Source of the DNA: Bacteroidota bacterium
GTDB taxonomy: Bacteria > Bacteroidota > Bacteroidia > 2-12-FULL-35-15
Assembly (NCBI GenBank): GCA_040387415.1
Contig: JAZKDU010000015.1
Location: 56,166-120,165 of the forward strand
Length of the DNA: 64,000 nucleotides
Reading direction: 5' to 3'
Part shown: positions 1 to 9,672 of the stretch, piece after piece
Layout of the letters: each line of letters starts with the position of its first letter
Numbering within the stretch: the first letter of the stretch is position 1
The notes under the pieces: generated by a model
Seen by the model: only the letters and a program-made list of their open reading frames with translations
What the model was told of the DNA's origin: nothing
The model's database searches: none
Made by a program: the position numbers and the translations under genes

Positions 1-235
1 AATCGGGATTGTTATTCCAAAAGTATGCTCGTCCCATTAATACTTGTGCATCCTGATAATTGGGAGCAGTCGTCAGGATTTTTTTGCAAAGAGCTATTGA
101 TTTGGCGTATTGTGAAGCAAAGGCGAGTGATCTGGCTTCTTGAAATAGACTATCAACATTTTCCGTTTGTGAAAAAAATTTTGGAATAGTTAGTAAAACA
201 ATAGCAAAAGCTATAAGCCAATTTTTGTACTTCAT
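1..235 (-). CDS. Putative secreted TPR-like protein, N-terminal part only (gene runs off the window start)
   Basis: Minus-strand ATG at 233-235. Translation MKYKNWLIAFAIVLLTIPKFFSQ... looks like a signal peptide plus helical repeat. Co-directional with the downstream response regulators. Confidence 0.35.
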   Translation of the reverse strand, partial: MKYKNWLIAFAIVLLTIPKFFSQTENVDSLFQEARSLAFASQYAKSIALCKKILTTAPNYQDAQVLMGRAYFWNNNPD

Positions 236-239
236 TTTA

Positions 240-614
240 TCAGTCTTTTTTTTGCGACTTAGCCAATAATTTTTCTATTCGAGCTTTTAAAACGGAAGGA
301 CTGAACGGTTTAGTAACAAACTCGCTTGCGCCAATCTCAAACGCATCTAATTCGGCTTTTTCTATTCCAAAAGAAGTTAATACAATGATTGGTGTAGATG
401 ATTTTAATTCGTTTCTCACGAAGGAAATAACTTCCATGCCACCTAGAAACGGCATATTAAGGTCAGTTATTACCAAATCGAATGTGCTGATTTTTAATTG
501 TTCCTTCACCTCCATTCCATTACTAACTGCGGTTACAGAATATCCGTTATTTTTAAGATAAAATGTAAGCGAATTTCTTAATAAGTCATCGTCTTCGGCA
601 AATAATAGTTTCAT
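240..614 (-). CDS. Single-domain response regulator (CheY-like receiver)
   Basis: ORF translation has the canonical receiver motifs: EDDD acidic pocket, phospho-acceptor D in LVITDLNMP, conserved T in VLTS and K in KPF. Confidence 0.85.
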   Translation of the reverse strand: MKLLFAEDDDLLRNSLTFYLKNNGYSVTAVSNGMEVKEQLKISTFDLVITDLNMPFLGGMEVISFVRNELKSSTPIIVLTSFGIEKAELDAFEIGASEFVTKPFSPSVLKARIEKLLAKSQKKD

Positions 615-1036
615 TTTATGAGTTTTTTTATTTCAGCTTCTATTTTGTTAAATCCATCATCTCCTTTTGCAATATACGTGCAAATCCCTTCTTTTGCTAT
701 TGATAGAGCCAGTTCAATGCTTTGCTGCGAACTATGAAGAATAAATTCAATAGAGGGATATTCTTTTTTTAATCTTTTTAAAACATCGAATCCTTCTTCT
801 GCATCTTCATAACGATCATTCAAATAATGGTCCATAATGAGTAAATCTGGAATATCACCATTTTGAATTTTTATTTCTGCAACTTCAGCAACAGGCATAC
901 ATTCAACTTCAGCTTTTTCGCCAAATTTTGATTGTATCAAATGCTCTAATTGCCGTAAATAAATAGCATTATCTTCAACCAGAAAAATTAAAAATTTCTT
1001 TGTTTTAGAACTGTTTTTATTTCCGAATAAATTCAT
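611..1036 (-). CDS. Receiver-domain protein (single-domain response regulator)
   Basis: Receiver-like translation: LVEDN, phospho-acceptor D in LLIMDHYL, K in YIAK. The 4-bp ATGA overlap with the downstream RR suggests translational coupling. Confidence 0.75.
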   Translation of the reverse strand: MNLFGNKNSSKTKKFLIFLVEDNAIYLRQLEHLIQSKFGEKAEVECMPVAEVAEIKIQNGDIPDLLIMDHYLNDRYEDAEEGFDVLKRLKKEYPSIEFILHSSQQSIELALSIAKEGICTYIAKGDDGFNKIEAEIKKLIK

Positions 1037-1047
1037 GTTTTCCTGTT

Positions 1048-3702
1048 TTAATATTCATCTTCTAATATTTTCCGAAGAATCGGGTAGTTTTCGTTGAGCG
1101 TTTTCTTAATAAAAGTATACTTTTCCTTCGAAGATTCAACAATTTCCATTTCCTTATTTAGGGCGTTTTTTTCAATAAAACTAAGTTGTTTTTCTACTGA
1201 TGATAAGCCTACTATAGAGATTGAAGATTTTAATTTATGAGATGTAGATTTAATAAGCAGGCTGTCAGAATCATTAAAGGCGCATCCCAGAGTATCAATA
1301 TCTACTGGCACTTGCCTCAAAAACATTTCAATCATCTCCTTTTCGAATATTTTGTTACCATCTGAGAATTCTTTCAAAAATTTTAAATTTACAATTTTTG
1401 CATCACTATCAGTTTCTGTTTTTTCAACCACCTGAACAGGTGCTTTTCTGTCGATATTTTTTTGTGGCAAATAGGAAGAGATCTTAAAGTACAGATCTTC
1501 CTGGGTAAATGGTTTCCCTAAATAATCATTCATCCCAATCTCTAAACATTTATCCTTTTCGCCAACTAACGAATGTGCAGTCATTGCAATAATTGGGATC
1601 GTTAAATTGAGCTGTTCCCGAATTGCTATAGTTGTTTGGTAACCGTCCATTTCAGGCATTTGTAAATCCATTAAAACTAAATCAAATTTTTCTCTTTGTA
1701 ATTTCTCCAACCCCATTTTTCCATTGCCGGCAATTTCGAAATCAAATCCGAATTTGGTTAGAATCTTTTTTGCTAATTGCTGGTTAAGTGTATTATCCTC
1801 ACATAATAATATTTTCACTTTTCCAACATTTTCGTTATGAACGAATAGTTTTTCCTTTTTTTGTGAAGAATTTTTTTGTGCTTTTTGATAAACAAGTTCG
1901 AACGAAAATTCGGAACCCTCATTGAGCTTGCTTTTTAGCTTTATTTCTCCCCCTTGCAATTCCACTAAATTTTTTGCTATACTTAAACCCAATCCTGTAC
2001 CTCCAAATTTTCGAGTCGTTTCTGCATTGGCTTGTGAGAAGCGGTCAAAAACCAAACTTATTTTGTCTTCCGAAATACCTATTCCTGTATCCTTTACTGT
2101 AAAACGTATCTTACACGATTGTTTGTCTTCTTCTAACTTTTTTACAGAAACAGTTACACTACCATTTTCTGTAAATTTCATAGCGTTCCCAATCAAATTA
2201 ATTAATATTTGATTGAGACGAATACTGTCTCCAGTTACGAAGTCTGGTAATCCTGCATCCAGAAAGTGATTGTATTCGAGTTTTTTTTCTTTCGCTTTTC
2301 CATTCATCAAATTGTAAATATTTTTTAAAGCGTCCTTCAAATCGAATGGAACGTTTTCAAGGACAATACTCCCTGATTCAATTTTTGAAAAATCGAGTAT
2401 ATCGTTTATAATAGCCAGTAGGTTTATGCCGGCTAATTGAACTGAATTTAAATTTTCACTTTGTTCTTTATCAAGCTTGCTATCTGCTAGAAGTTCAGTA
2501 AATCCTATAATCGCGTTCATTGGTGTGCGTATTTCATGGCTCATATTTGCCAAAAAACGACTTTTTGCGTGTACCGCTTGTTCTGCTTTTTCTTTCGCTT
2601 TTATAATTTCTTCTTTGGCTTTTTTACTTTCCGATATGTCTTTTGCAAGCCCTAAATAACCTATTATATTGTGATCATGGTCTTTTAAGACTGTGATTGA
2701 CAATTCAACAGGTAATTCCGAACCATCTTTTCGAATATACGTCCATTCGGAAATGTCACTAAGTCCACGTTGTGATTTCATAAAAAACACGTCCATACCA
2801 GGCTCAATTTTTAAATTGAACTCATTACTTAATGTTTCTGCACGAGCCACTACTTCTTCAGGTTTGTGAATGATAGCTGGAGTATGTATTCCGATCATCT
2901 CGTTAGCAGCATAACCAAGCATTTTTTCAGCACCTTTATTAAAAACGGTTATTACTCCTTCAGGATAAGAAACTGCTATGATGGAATAGTCGGTACCATT
3001 TAAAATTACATTTTGAAATTCAGAAAGTTTTTCAATTTCTTCCTGCTGAATTTTTAATTGTTTTTCAGAAGCAACCCTTCTATCATAATCAACAACGAAA
3101 AAATACAACGTAATTAATAAAATTAAAATAGTTAAACTAATACTGCCAATAATAATTCGCGTAGTAGTAAGAAAGTGTTCATTTGCCTTATCAAGTCTTT
3201 CAGACAGGAGTAAGTCTTCGTTTTTTATAAATCGGCTAACCATTCTTTTTATCTCACGCATCCGGTTTTCGCCATAACCCTCAGAGATGCTTTGTTTAGC
3301 AGATTCAAATCCTCTATTTTTATATAATGCAATATTTTGCGTGGAGAATTGAATTTTTTGTGTGATAAGAAAATGGATGGAATCTAATAAGGCAAGCTGC
3401 TTGTTATTGTCTCGTATTAATGTTTTAGCATCTTTGTAATCCCTTTCCAAGTTTACCAGATTGATTTCATAAAACTCTAAAAAGCTTTCTTTTCCTGTAA
3501 TTACATAGCCCCTCTGTTCCGATTCTATATCTTGAATACCGGTTAATATTCTCTGAACCTCGGTTATTACATCTTGAGTGTGATGCACTAAATCTGATGC
3601 TCCCTTGTATTTGGTAGCACTTTGATAGGCGTAAAGACCAATTAAAGTAAGTGTAATTATACTTATGCCGAATGCACCTATAATATTTGTTCTTCCGTTC
3701 AT
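1048..3702 (-). CDS. Hybrid sensor histidine kinase (CHASE3 - TM - PAS - HisKA - HATPase_c - REC - Hpt)
   Basis: 884 aa. CHASE3-like N-terminus with a TM segment. H-box FLANMSHEIRTPMNAI, G-boxes DTGIGI and GGTGLGLSI. Receiver LMDLQMPEMDG. C-terminal Hpt-like HKLKSS. Confidence 0.9.
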   Translation of the reverse strand: MNGRTNIIGAFGISIITLTLIGLYAYQSATKYKGASDLVHHTQDVITEVQRILTGIQDIESEQRGYVITGKESFLEFYEINLVNLERDYKDAKTLIRDNNKQLALLDSIHFLITQKIQFSTQNIALYKNRGFESAKQSISEGYGENRMREIKRMVSRFIKNEDLLLSERLDKANEHFLTTTRIIIGSISLTILILLITLYFFVVDYDRRVASEKQLKIQQEEIEKLSEFQNVILNGTDYSIIAVSYPEGVITVFNKGAEKMLGYAANEMIGIHTPAIIHKPEEVVARAETLSNEFNLKIEPGMDVFFMKSQRGLSDISEWTYIRKDGSELPVELSITVLKDHDHNIIGYLGLAKDISESKKAKEEIIKAKEKAEQAVHAKSRFLANMSHEIRTPMNAIIGFTELLADSKLDKEQSENLNSVQLAGINLLAIINDILDFSKIESGSIVLENVPFDLKDALKNIYNLMNGKAKEKKLEYNHFLDAGLPDFVTGDSIRLNQILINLIGNAMKFTENGSVTVSVKKLEEDKQSCKIRFTVKDTGIGISEDKISLVFDRFSQANAETTRKFGGTGLGLSIAKNLVELQGGEIKLKSKLNEGSEFSFELVYQKAQKNSSQKKEKLFVHNENVGKVKILLCEDNTLNQQLAKKILTKFGFDFEIAGNGKMGLEKLQREKFDLVLMDLQMPEMDGYQTTIAIREQLNLTIPIIAMTAHSLVGEKDKCLEIGMNDYLGKPFTQEDLYFKISSYLPQKNIDRKAPVQVVEKTETDSDAKIVNLKFLKEFSDGNKIFEKEMIEMFLRQVPVDIDTLGCAFNDSDSLLIKSTSHKLKSSISIVGLSSVEKQLSFIEKNALNKEMEIVESSKEKYTFIKKTLNENYPILRKILEDEY

Positions 3703-3767
3703 AAACTTTAAATAAGCTTGTTGAATTTTGTTTTTGAATTTTTTAAATTTTTATAATCTTATATTTG

Positions 3768-6524
3768 TCAACTTTTATACTTTAGGTAATTTGTTGTGAT
3801 TTTGGAATAAAGTTCTTCCTGAGTAAAGGGTTTGCCCACATAATCATTCATTCCAATTTCAAAACATTTCTCTTTTTCTCCAACAAGTGAATGGGCCGTC
3901 ATTGCAATAATTGGTATTTTGAGTTTCAACTCTTCCCTAATTATGATAGTTGTTTGGTATCCATCCATCTCTGGCATTTGAAGGTCCATTAAAATTAAAT
4001 CGAAATTACTTTCCTTTAGTTTTTCTAATCCAATTTTACCATTTGCAGCAATAACAAAGTCAATCCCAAATTTTATGAATACTTTTTTTGCAAGATTTTG
4101 ATTGAGTGCATTATCCTCACATAGTAAGACTTTTATGTCTTTCAATTTTGCATCGGGAACAAAGCTGGTTTTCGAAAAGTGAATTGCATCCGTATCTGCT
4201 TTTTTGTATCGTATTTCAAAAGAAAATTCTGAGCCTTTATTTAATTCACTTTTCAACTGAATTTCACCTCCCTGCAGTTCTACCAAATTTTTTGCAATGC
4301 TTAAGCCTAAACCGGTTCCACCAAATTTCCTGGTGGTTTCTGCATTAACTTGTGCAAATCTGTCAAAAATAGTGTGCTCCATTTCTTTCGGTATGCCAAT
4401 GCCCGTATCTTTAACAGTAAATCGTATTGAATAGTTTAATTCATCCTCTTCCGTCTTTTTTACAGAAATTGTAACGCCTCCCTCTTCAGTAAATTTAATA
4501 GCATTACCAATTAAATTTATTAGTATTTGATTTAGCCTCACACTATCACCCACAACGTACTCGGGAAGCGAACCATCAAGAAAAAAATCATATTCTAAAT
4601 TTTTTTCCTTTGCTTTTATATTTAGAAGATTATAAACATTTTTTAATGTTTCTTTTAAATTAAATTGGGTACTTTCAAGGGTTACATTCCCGGATTCAAT
4701 TTTTGAAAAATCCAAGATATCATTAATAATGGCTAACAGATTAATTCCGGCAAGTTTAACCGAATCCACGCATTCTTTTTGGTCCTCATCTAATTCACTT
4801 TGTTCCAAAAGGTCTGTAAAACCAATAATTGCATTCATTGGGGTTCTAATTTCATGGCTCATATTGGCCAGGAAACTATTTTTTGCTAATACCGCTTGTT
4901 CCGCTTTTTCCCTTGCATTTATAATTTCCTCTTCCATTTTTTTTCGCTCCTCAATATTATTCATAGAGGATACCAGAAAGGGGGCACCACCAATATCAAT
5001 AATTTCGATGGAGTTAAGTACCCAAAACTTTTCACCATTTTTTTTGGACATAACCCCTTCCATTGATCTTACATATCCTTGTTTGTTTAATACCGCAATT
5101 GTTTGTTCGCGATCTGCTTCTGAAATCATATTTAATTCGGTGGAAGTTTTTCCAATAACCTCTTGCCTTGTATAGCCAAAAATTTCAAGAAAACTTTCAT
5201 TTACATATTCTAATTGTTTTGTCGCCATATTTGAAATGGCCATTATAACAGGGTTTTTATCAAATATTTTGAAAAACCGATTGTTACTTTCTTTCAGCTC
5301 TTTTTCAAGAAGAATTCGCTCTGTCAGATCCACTGCAGTGCCCAGCACAAGCTTGCTTCCATCAGATTGAGTAAAAACTATACTATCGTACATCCAGGTT
5401 TTAATAGATCCATCTTTATGTTTAATTTTCATTAGTCCTTTGGATAACCCATCCTGTTCAAGCTCTTCTAAAAAAATTTGCACATATTCTTTGGCATGAG
5501 GAGGCACGATATCAAAAAAATTCTTTGTGCAGGCTTCTTCAACTGAATACCCTATTGATAAAGCGGAGGCGCGGTTAATGGAAAGTATATTTCCCTTTAA
5601 ATCATGTGTACACACAAGGCTCCGGGAATTTTCAAAAAAACCTCTGTATTTTGCTTCGCTTGATAAAAGTTTACTTTCCCAGTTTTTTCTTTCAGATATA
5701 TTTCGTCCAATGCTAAATATTTCTCCTGTATGTTCATCTGGATTTGCCACCCAGGCAATTGATAAGTACTCTCCGGATTTTGTTCTGAATCGGTTTTCAA
5801 AATCAACAGTTTTTATACCTTTCGAAAGTTTTTTTACTTCATCTATAGTACTTTGAACATCATCAGGGTGAATGAAATTAACAAAAGGATTTTCTTTCAA
5901 TTCTTCGGTGGACCATCCCAATGTAGAAGTAAATGCGGGGTTTATTTTCTTAAAATAGCCATCTGAACTGGCTATACATATCATGTCTAAAGAAAGATCA
6001 AATAGTTTTTCTAGTTTATCTTTTTCTATGTTTTTTTTTCTCGTTACAATTTGCGAAACAGCCTCATTTGCTAAAAGGGTTAAAGCTTCCCTTTGTTCTG
6101 GATTTAACACTTTTGCTTTTCTATCAATAACGCAAAGTGTACCGAGTGCAAAACCATTCTTATCAATTAATGGGTAACCCGCGTAGAATTTAATATTAGG
6201 CGTATCAGTTACGAGTGGATTGTTAAAAAAACGCTCATCTTTTGTAGCATCCGACACTTCCATTAGCGAATCGCCTACAATGGCATGCTGGCAAAATGAC
6301 AAGTCGCGCGGTGTTTCTGATACATCAAGTCCAATACTGGATTTAAACCATTGACGATTTTTATCAATTAAACTAATTAAAGCAATTGGAACACCACATA
6401 TTATAGAGGCCAGTTTTGTAAGACGATCGAATGCATCCTCTGGTAAAGTATCAAGAATATTGTATTCCGATAGCGTTTTTAAACGTTCGTCTTCGTTTTT
6501 TGGTAAAGGGGCATTTGTTTTCAT
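3768..6524 (-). CDS. Hybrid sensor histidine kinase (GAF - PAS x~3 - HisKA - HATPase_c - REC), cytoplasmic
   Basis: 918 aa with a GAF-like N-terminus and several PAS blocks. HisKA/HATPase/REC core is about 75% identical to the downstream kinase, so the two are paralogs. Confidence 0.9.
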   Translation of the reverse strand: MKTNAPLPKNEDERLKTLSEYNILDTLPEDAFDRLTKLASIICGVPIALISLIDKNRQWFKSSIGLDVSETPRDLSFCQHAIVGDSLMEVSDATKDERFFNNPLVTDTPNIKFYAGYPLIDKNGFALGTLCVIDRKAKVLNPEQREALTLLANEAVSQIVTRKKNIEKDKLEKLFDLSLDMICIASSDGYFKKINPAFTSTLGWSTEELKENPFVNFIHPDDVQSTIDEVKKLSKGIKTVDFENRFRTKSGEYLSIAWVANPDEHTGEIFSIGRNISERKNWESKLLSSEAKYRGFFENSRSLVCTHDLKGNILSINRASALSIGYSVEEACTKNFFDIVPPHAKEYVQIFLEELEQDGLSKGLMKIKHKDGSIKTWMYDSIVFTQSDGSKLVLGTAVDLTERILLEKELKESNNRFFKIFDKNPVIMAISNMATKQLEYVNESFLEIFGYTRQEVIGKTSTELNMISEADREQTIAVLNKQGYVRSMEGVMSKKNGEKFWVLNSIEIIDIGGAPFLVSSMNNIEERKKMEEEIINAREKAEQAVLAKNSFLANMSHEIRTPMNAIIGFTDLLEQSELDEDQKECVDSVKLAGINLLAIINDILDFSKIESGNVTLESTQFNLKETLKNVYNLLNIKAKEKNLEYDFFLDGSLPEYVVGDSVRLNQILINLIGNAIKFTEEGGVTISVKKTEEDELNYSIRFTVKDTGIGIPKEMEHTIFDRFAQVNAETTRKFGGTGLGLSIAKNLVELQGGEIQLKSELNKGSEFSFEIRYKKADTDAIHFSKTSFVPDAKLKDIKVLLCEDNALNQNLAKKVFIKFGIDFVIAANGKIGLEKLKESNFDLILMDLQMPEMDGYQTTIIIREELKLKIPIIAMTAHSLVGEKEKCFEIGMNDYVGKPFTQEELYSKITTNYLKYKS

Positions 6525-6527
6525 TTT

Positions 6528-6581
6528 TTATGGTCCTAATGGCAGTGCAATAAGAAAACATATGGTTGCTGTTTTTTTCAT
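6528..6581 (-). other. Possible 17-aa upstream ORF (MKKTATICFLIALPLGP) ending 3 nt before the kinase ATG
   Basis: Read directly on the minus strand: ATG at 6579-6581, TAA at 6528-6530, then aaa and the kinase ATG at 6522-6524. Hydrophobic peptide. Confidence 0.2.
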
Positions 6582-6761
6582 TTAACGCAATATAGCTTTC
6601 TAAAATACCGCTTTTTTTTATAGATAAACTGGGTATTTCGATACTCTATTTTAAATCTCAGATAACAGGTACTTAAAACCGGTCACAATTTGCAAATAAG
6701 CAGATGGTGAGCTATTGATGTCTATGAAAAAAACATTCCATTTTAAGGAAATAGTCTATTT

Positions 6762-7451
6762 TTAAAGAAGGTTAAGCTTTTGAAAAAATGTACTTTTGTA
6801 TTTTCGGCTTAGTGGCAGCGACTTCCCTTCTATTATAATTATTTCATCTTCAATCTCAACTATTTTGTCCAATCGGATAATATAAGAATTGTGAATCCTT
6901 GTAAAGTCATAAATTTGCAATTTATTTTCAATTGCTTTCATTGTTGATAGAATAGTGAATTTTTCTTTTGTAGTATAAATATTTACATAGTCTGCCATAG
7001 CTTCTATGTATAGTATATCTTTAGCACTTATTCTGATCAGACGAGAATTTTTTTTTATATACAAATCATCCGTGTTTCGTTGGCTTATCGAAATGCTTTC
7101 TTTTATTTCTTTGGCTTTTTGGGCAGCTTTTAAGAACCGGTTAAAATCAACAGGTTTGAGAATAAAATCGGTAACATTATAATCGTATGTTTCAGCGGCA
7201 TACTCTTTATTCCCGGTAATAAAAATTACCTGCGGTGTTTTGTAATTTTTAACAAAGTCAAGGCCGCTCATTCCGGGCATTTCAATGTCAAGGAAAGCAA
7301 CATCAATATTTTTATGTTTTTCCAATAAATTAACGGCCTCCGTTCCAGAGGTTGCAGTGCCCACGAGGGTTAGAAAATCTATTCGTTCGATACAATTTTC
7401 GACCAGCTTTAAAGCCAATTCATCATCATCGACAATAATACAATTCAGCAT
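6762..7451 (-). CDS. LytTR-family response regulator (REC + LytTR DNA-binding domain)
   Basis: Receiver motifs IIVDDDE and AFLDIEMPGMSG. C-terminal LytTR-like domain (ISAKDILYIEA...IHNSYIIRL). Confidence 0.9.
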   Translation of the reverse strand: MLNCIIVDDDELALKLVENCIERIDFLTLVGTATSGTEAVNLLEKHKNIDVAFLDIEMPGMSGLDFVKNYKTPQVIFITGNKEYAAETYDYNVTDFILKPVDFNRFLKAAQKAKEIKESISISQRNTDDLYIKKNSRLIRISAKDILYIEAMADYVNIYTTKEKFTILSTMKAIENKLQIYDFTRIHNSYIIRLDKIVEIEDEIIIIEGKSLPLSRKYKSTFFQKLNLL

Positions 7452-7564
7452 AAATAATGTTATATAATCATTTATACTAAATTAGTAAATTAATGAATGT
7501 GAAAACAAGGAATGGGGTGGAAATTGGGAATAATTAACAAATATAAATATCCCTGTTTTAGGGA

Positions 7565-8611
7565 TTAAATAATGGTTATTACTTTACCTTCCATAGACTT
7601 CATTACACCAATTGGTTGAATAAAATCACTATATCCTTCGCTTACCAATAGTTGTTCAAATTCAACTTTTGAAGTGGGATTAACGGTTATCAATAAACCG
7701 CCATTTGTTTGAGGATCGCATAGGGTAAATAATGAATCTCCGGTTATTCCCTCTACCTTTGGATCATAGCTGCTCCAATTGCGGAAGCTATTATCAGGTA
7801 TGCACATTTGAGCTGTATAGAAATTTAAATCCTCCAGCATGGGGATTTTTGAATAGTTAATTTCTGCTGAAAGGCTAGCGCCTTCTGCCATTTCAATCAG
7901 ATGGCCTAACAAACCAAAGCCGGTAACATCAGTCATAGCAGTAACCCCTTTTATCAAGGCAGCTTTTTCACCCAGCATATTTAATTTCACCATTTGTTTT
8001 ACGGCCACACCTATATGGTCATTTTTTAAAACACCTTTCTTTTCGGCTGTTGTAAGTATACCAACACCAATTTTTTTTGTGATATAAATTAAATCGCCCG
8101 CTTTTGCTGTATTGTTTTGCTTTAAATTTTTTAAGTCAATCAAACCACTAACTGCTAAGCCAAAGATGGGCTCTGGGCTGTCAATACTATGCCCTCCCGC
8201 CAACGGAATACCCGCTTCGGCACAGATACTTCGGGCACCATCAATTACCTGCTGTGCTATTTCAACAGAAAGCTTATTAATTGGCCAGCCCAATATAGCA
8301 ACAGCCATCAAGGGTTTTCCTCCCATCGCATATACATCGCTTATTGCATTTGCAGAAGCAATTTTTCCAAAATCAAATGCATCATCCACAATGGGCATAA
8401 AAAAATCGGTTGTGCTGATAAGCCCTTGTCCATTACCAATATCGTAAACAGCCGCATCATCTTTACTGCTGTTGCCTACAATCAATTTATCATTTTTGGG
8501 GGCAATAAAATTTGATTTTAGTATTTCATCCAATACGGCTGGGGCAATTTTGCACCCACATCCTGCACCATGACTGTATTGTGTTAATTTAATATCTTTA
8601 TTGGTTGTCAT
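7565..8611 (-). CDS. selD: Selenide, water dikinase SelD (Cys form, not Sec)
   Basis: N-terminus LTQYSHGAGCGCKIAP is the SelD signature; DNA encodes tgt/tgc, not TGA. AIR-synthase-like fold. Confidence 0.9.
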   Translation of the reverse strand: MTTNKDIKLTQYSHGAGCGCKIAPAVLDEILKSNFIAPKNDKLIVGNSSKDDAAVYDIGNGQGLISTTDFFMPIVDDAFDFGKIASANAISDVYAMGGKPLMAVAILGWPINKLSVEIAQQVIDGARSICAEAGIPLAGGHSIDSPEPIFGLAVSGLIDLKNLKQNNTAKAGDLIYITKKIGVGILTTAEKKGVLKNDHIGVAVKQMVKLNMLGEKAALIKGVTAMTDVTGFGLLGHLIEMAEGASLSAEINYSKIPMLEDLNFYTAQMCIPDNSFRNWSSYDPKVEGITGDSLFTLCDPQTNGGLLITVNPTSKVEFEQLLVSEGYSDFIQPIGVMKSMEGKVITII

Positions 8612-8622
8612 ATTTTTTTAAT

Positions 8623-9654
8623 TCAAAGTCCGGATTGTTTACTGTTTTCAATTATTTCCTTTGCAATTAAATCAGCATTTAAAGTTTCAAAACAGTAATT
8701 GGTTATCGTTTCGGGCAGTCGCTTGTTTTTCCCGTAATCATATGTTTTATCGTAATACGTCAGGCAAATATTAAAGGCCGCTCTGATATCCCCATTGTCA
8801 ATGGCTGTCGCTGCAATTTGGGCATTTAGGCCTCCTAATTTTCTGGTGATTCTGGTGATGGCATCCTTTAGATCGTCAGGATTAAATTTGCCGTACTCGC
8901 TGGTAAGGAAGTCCAGGCGCTCTTCAAACGGAATGTCAAGAAAAAACAGAGGACTGCTTTTCATCTTTTCAAAAAACAATTTTGGTATCACTTTAGTACC
9001 AATCATACTGCTTTCATTCTCCACCCATATAGTTCTTGCAGGATCTGTTTTGTATAGGCCTGTGAAAAGTTGGTTCTCAAACATTTCCTGAGAGGGCTGC
9101 GGTTTTTCGCCCAATGCCCCAAAGGATGATCCTTTGTGGTGTGCGAGCTTTTCAAGGTCAATTACCTGCTCACCCGATTCACTTATTTTTTTTAAGATCA
9201 GCGTTTTGCCCGATCCTGTTTTTCCTCCTAAAACCAATATTTTCCGGTCCGTGGCAAAACTTTCCAATGCAATTCTTCGGAATGATTTGTAACCGCCACG
9301 AAGAAGATAAACTTTGCATCCATACAGCTCAAGCAGCCACGCTACAGTACCACTGCGCATACCTCCCCTCCAGCAATGAACAAGAAATGTATTACCACTG
9401 CTTATTTTTTTTGCTTCTTCAGCAAAAGTTTTCATTTTGGGTCCGAAAATTTCAAGCCCCTTGTTTACAGCACTCTCTCTGCTTACTTGTTTATAAGCTG
9501 TTCCAACTATTGCGCGTTCTTCATTTGAAAATAATGGTAACGAAAGTGCATCTGGTATATGGCCATATTCAAATTCACCCGGGCTCCGAACATCCAGTAT
9601 TGGAAACTGTTCCGAGAGCTTTAAAAATTCTTTTATATTAACTGCTGTTGGCAA
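8623..9654 (-). CDS. selU: tRNA 2-selenouridine synthase (SelU/MnmH/YbbB): rhodanese + P-loop
   Basis: Rhodanese domain (LDVRSPGEFEYGHIPDALSLP ... HCWRGGMRS) followed by Walker A GGKTGSGKT. Immediately adjacent to selD. Confidence 0.85.
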   Translation of the reverse strand: MPTAVNIKEFLKLSEQFPILDVRSPGEFEYGHIPDALSLPLFSNEERAIVGTAYKQVSRESAVNKGLEIFGPKMKTFAEEAKKISSGNTFLVHCWRGGMRSGTVAWLLELYGCKVYLLRGGYKSFRRIALESFATDRKILVLGGKTGSGKTLILKKISESGEQVIDLEKLAHHKGSSFGALGEKPQPSQEMFENQLFTGLYKTDPARTIWVENESSMIGTKVIPKLFFEKMKSSPLFFLDIPFEERLDFLTSEYGKFNPDDLKDAITRITRKLGGLNAQIAATAIDNGDIRAAFNICLTYYDKTYDYGKNKRLPETITNYCFETLNADLIAKEIIENSKQSGL

Positions 9655-9672
9655 AGAGTGAAGATATTATTA

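Noticed and set aside
8112-9641. ORFs 8112-8447(+), 8189-8515(+), 8795-9091(+), 9114-9641(+) opposite selD/selU
   Set aside because: They lie entirely antisense to well-supported genes and have low-complexity, Cys/Phe-rich translations with no motifs. They are typical shadow ORFs.
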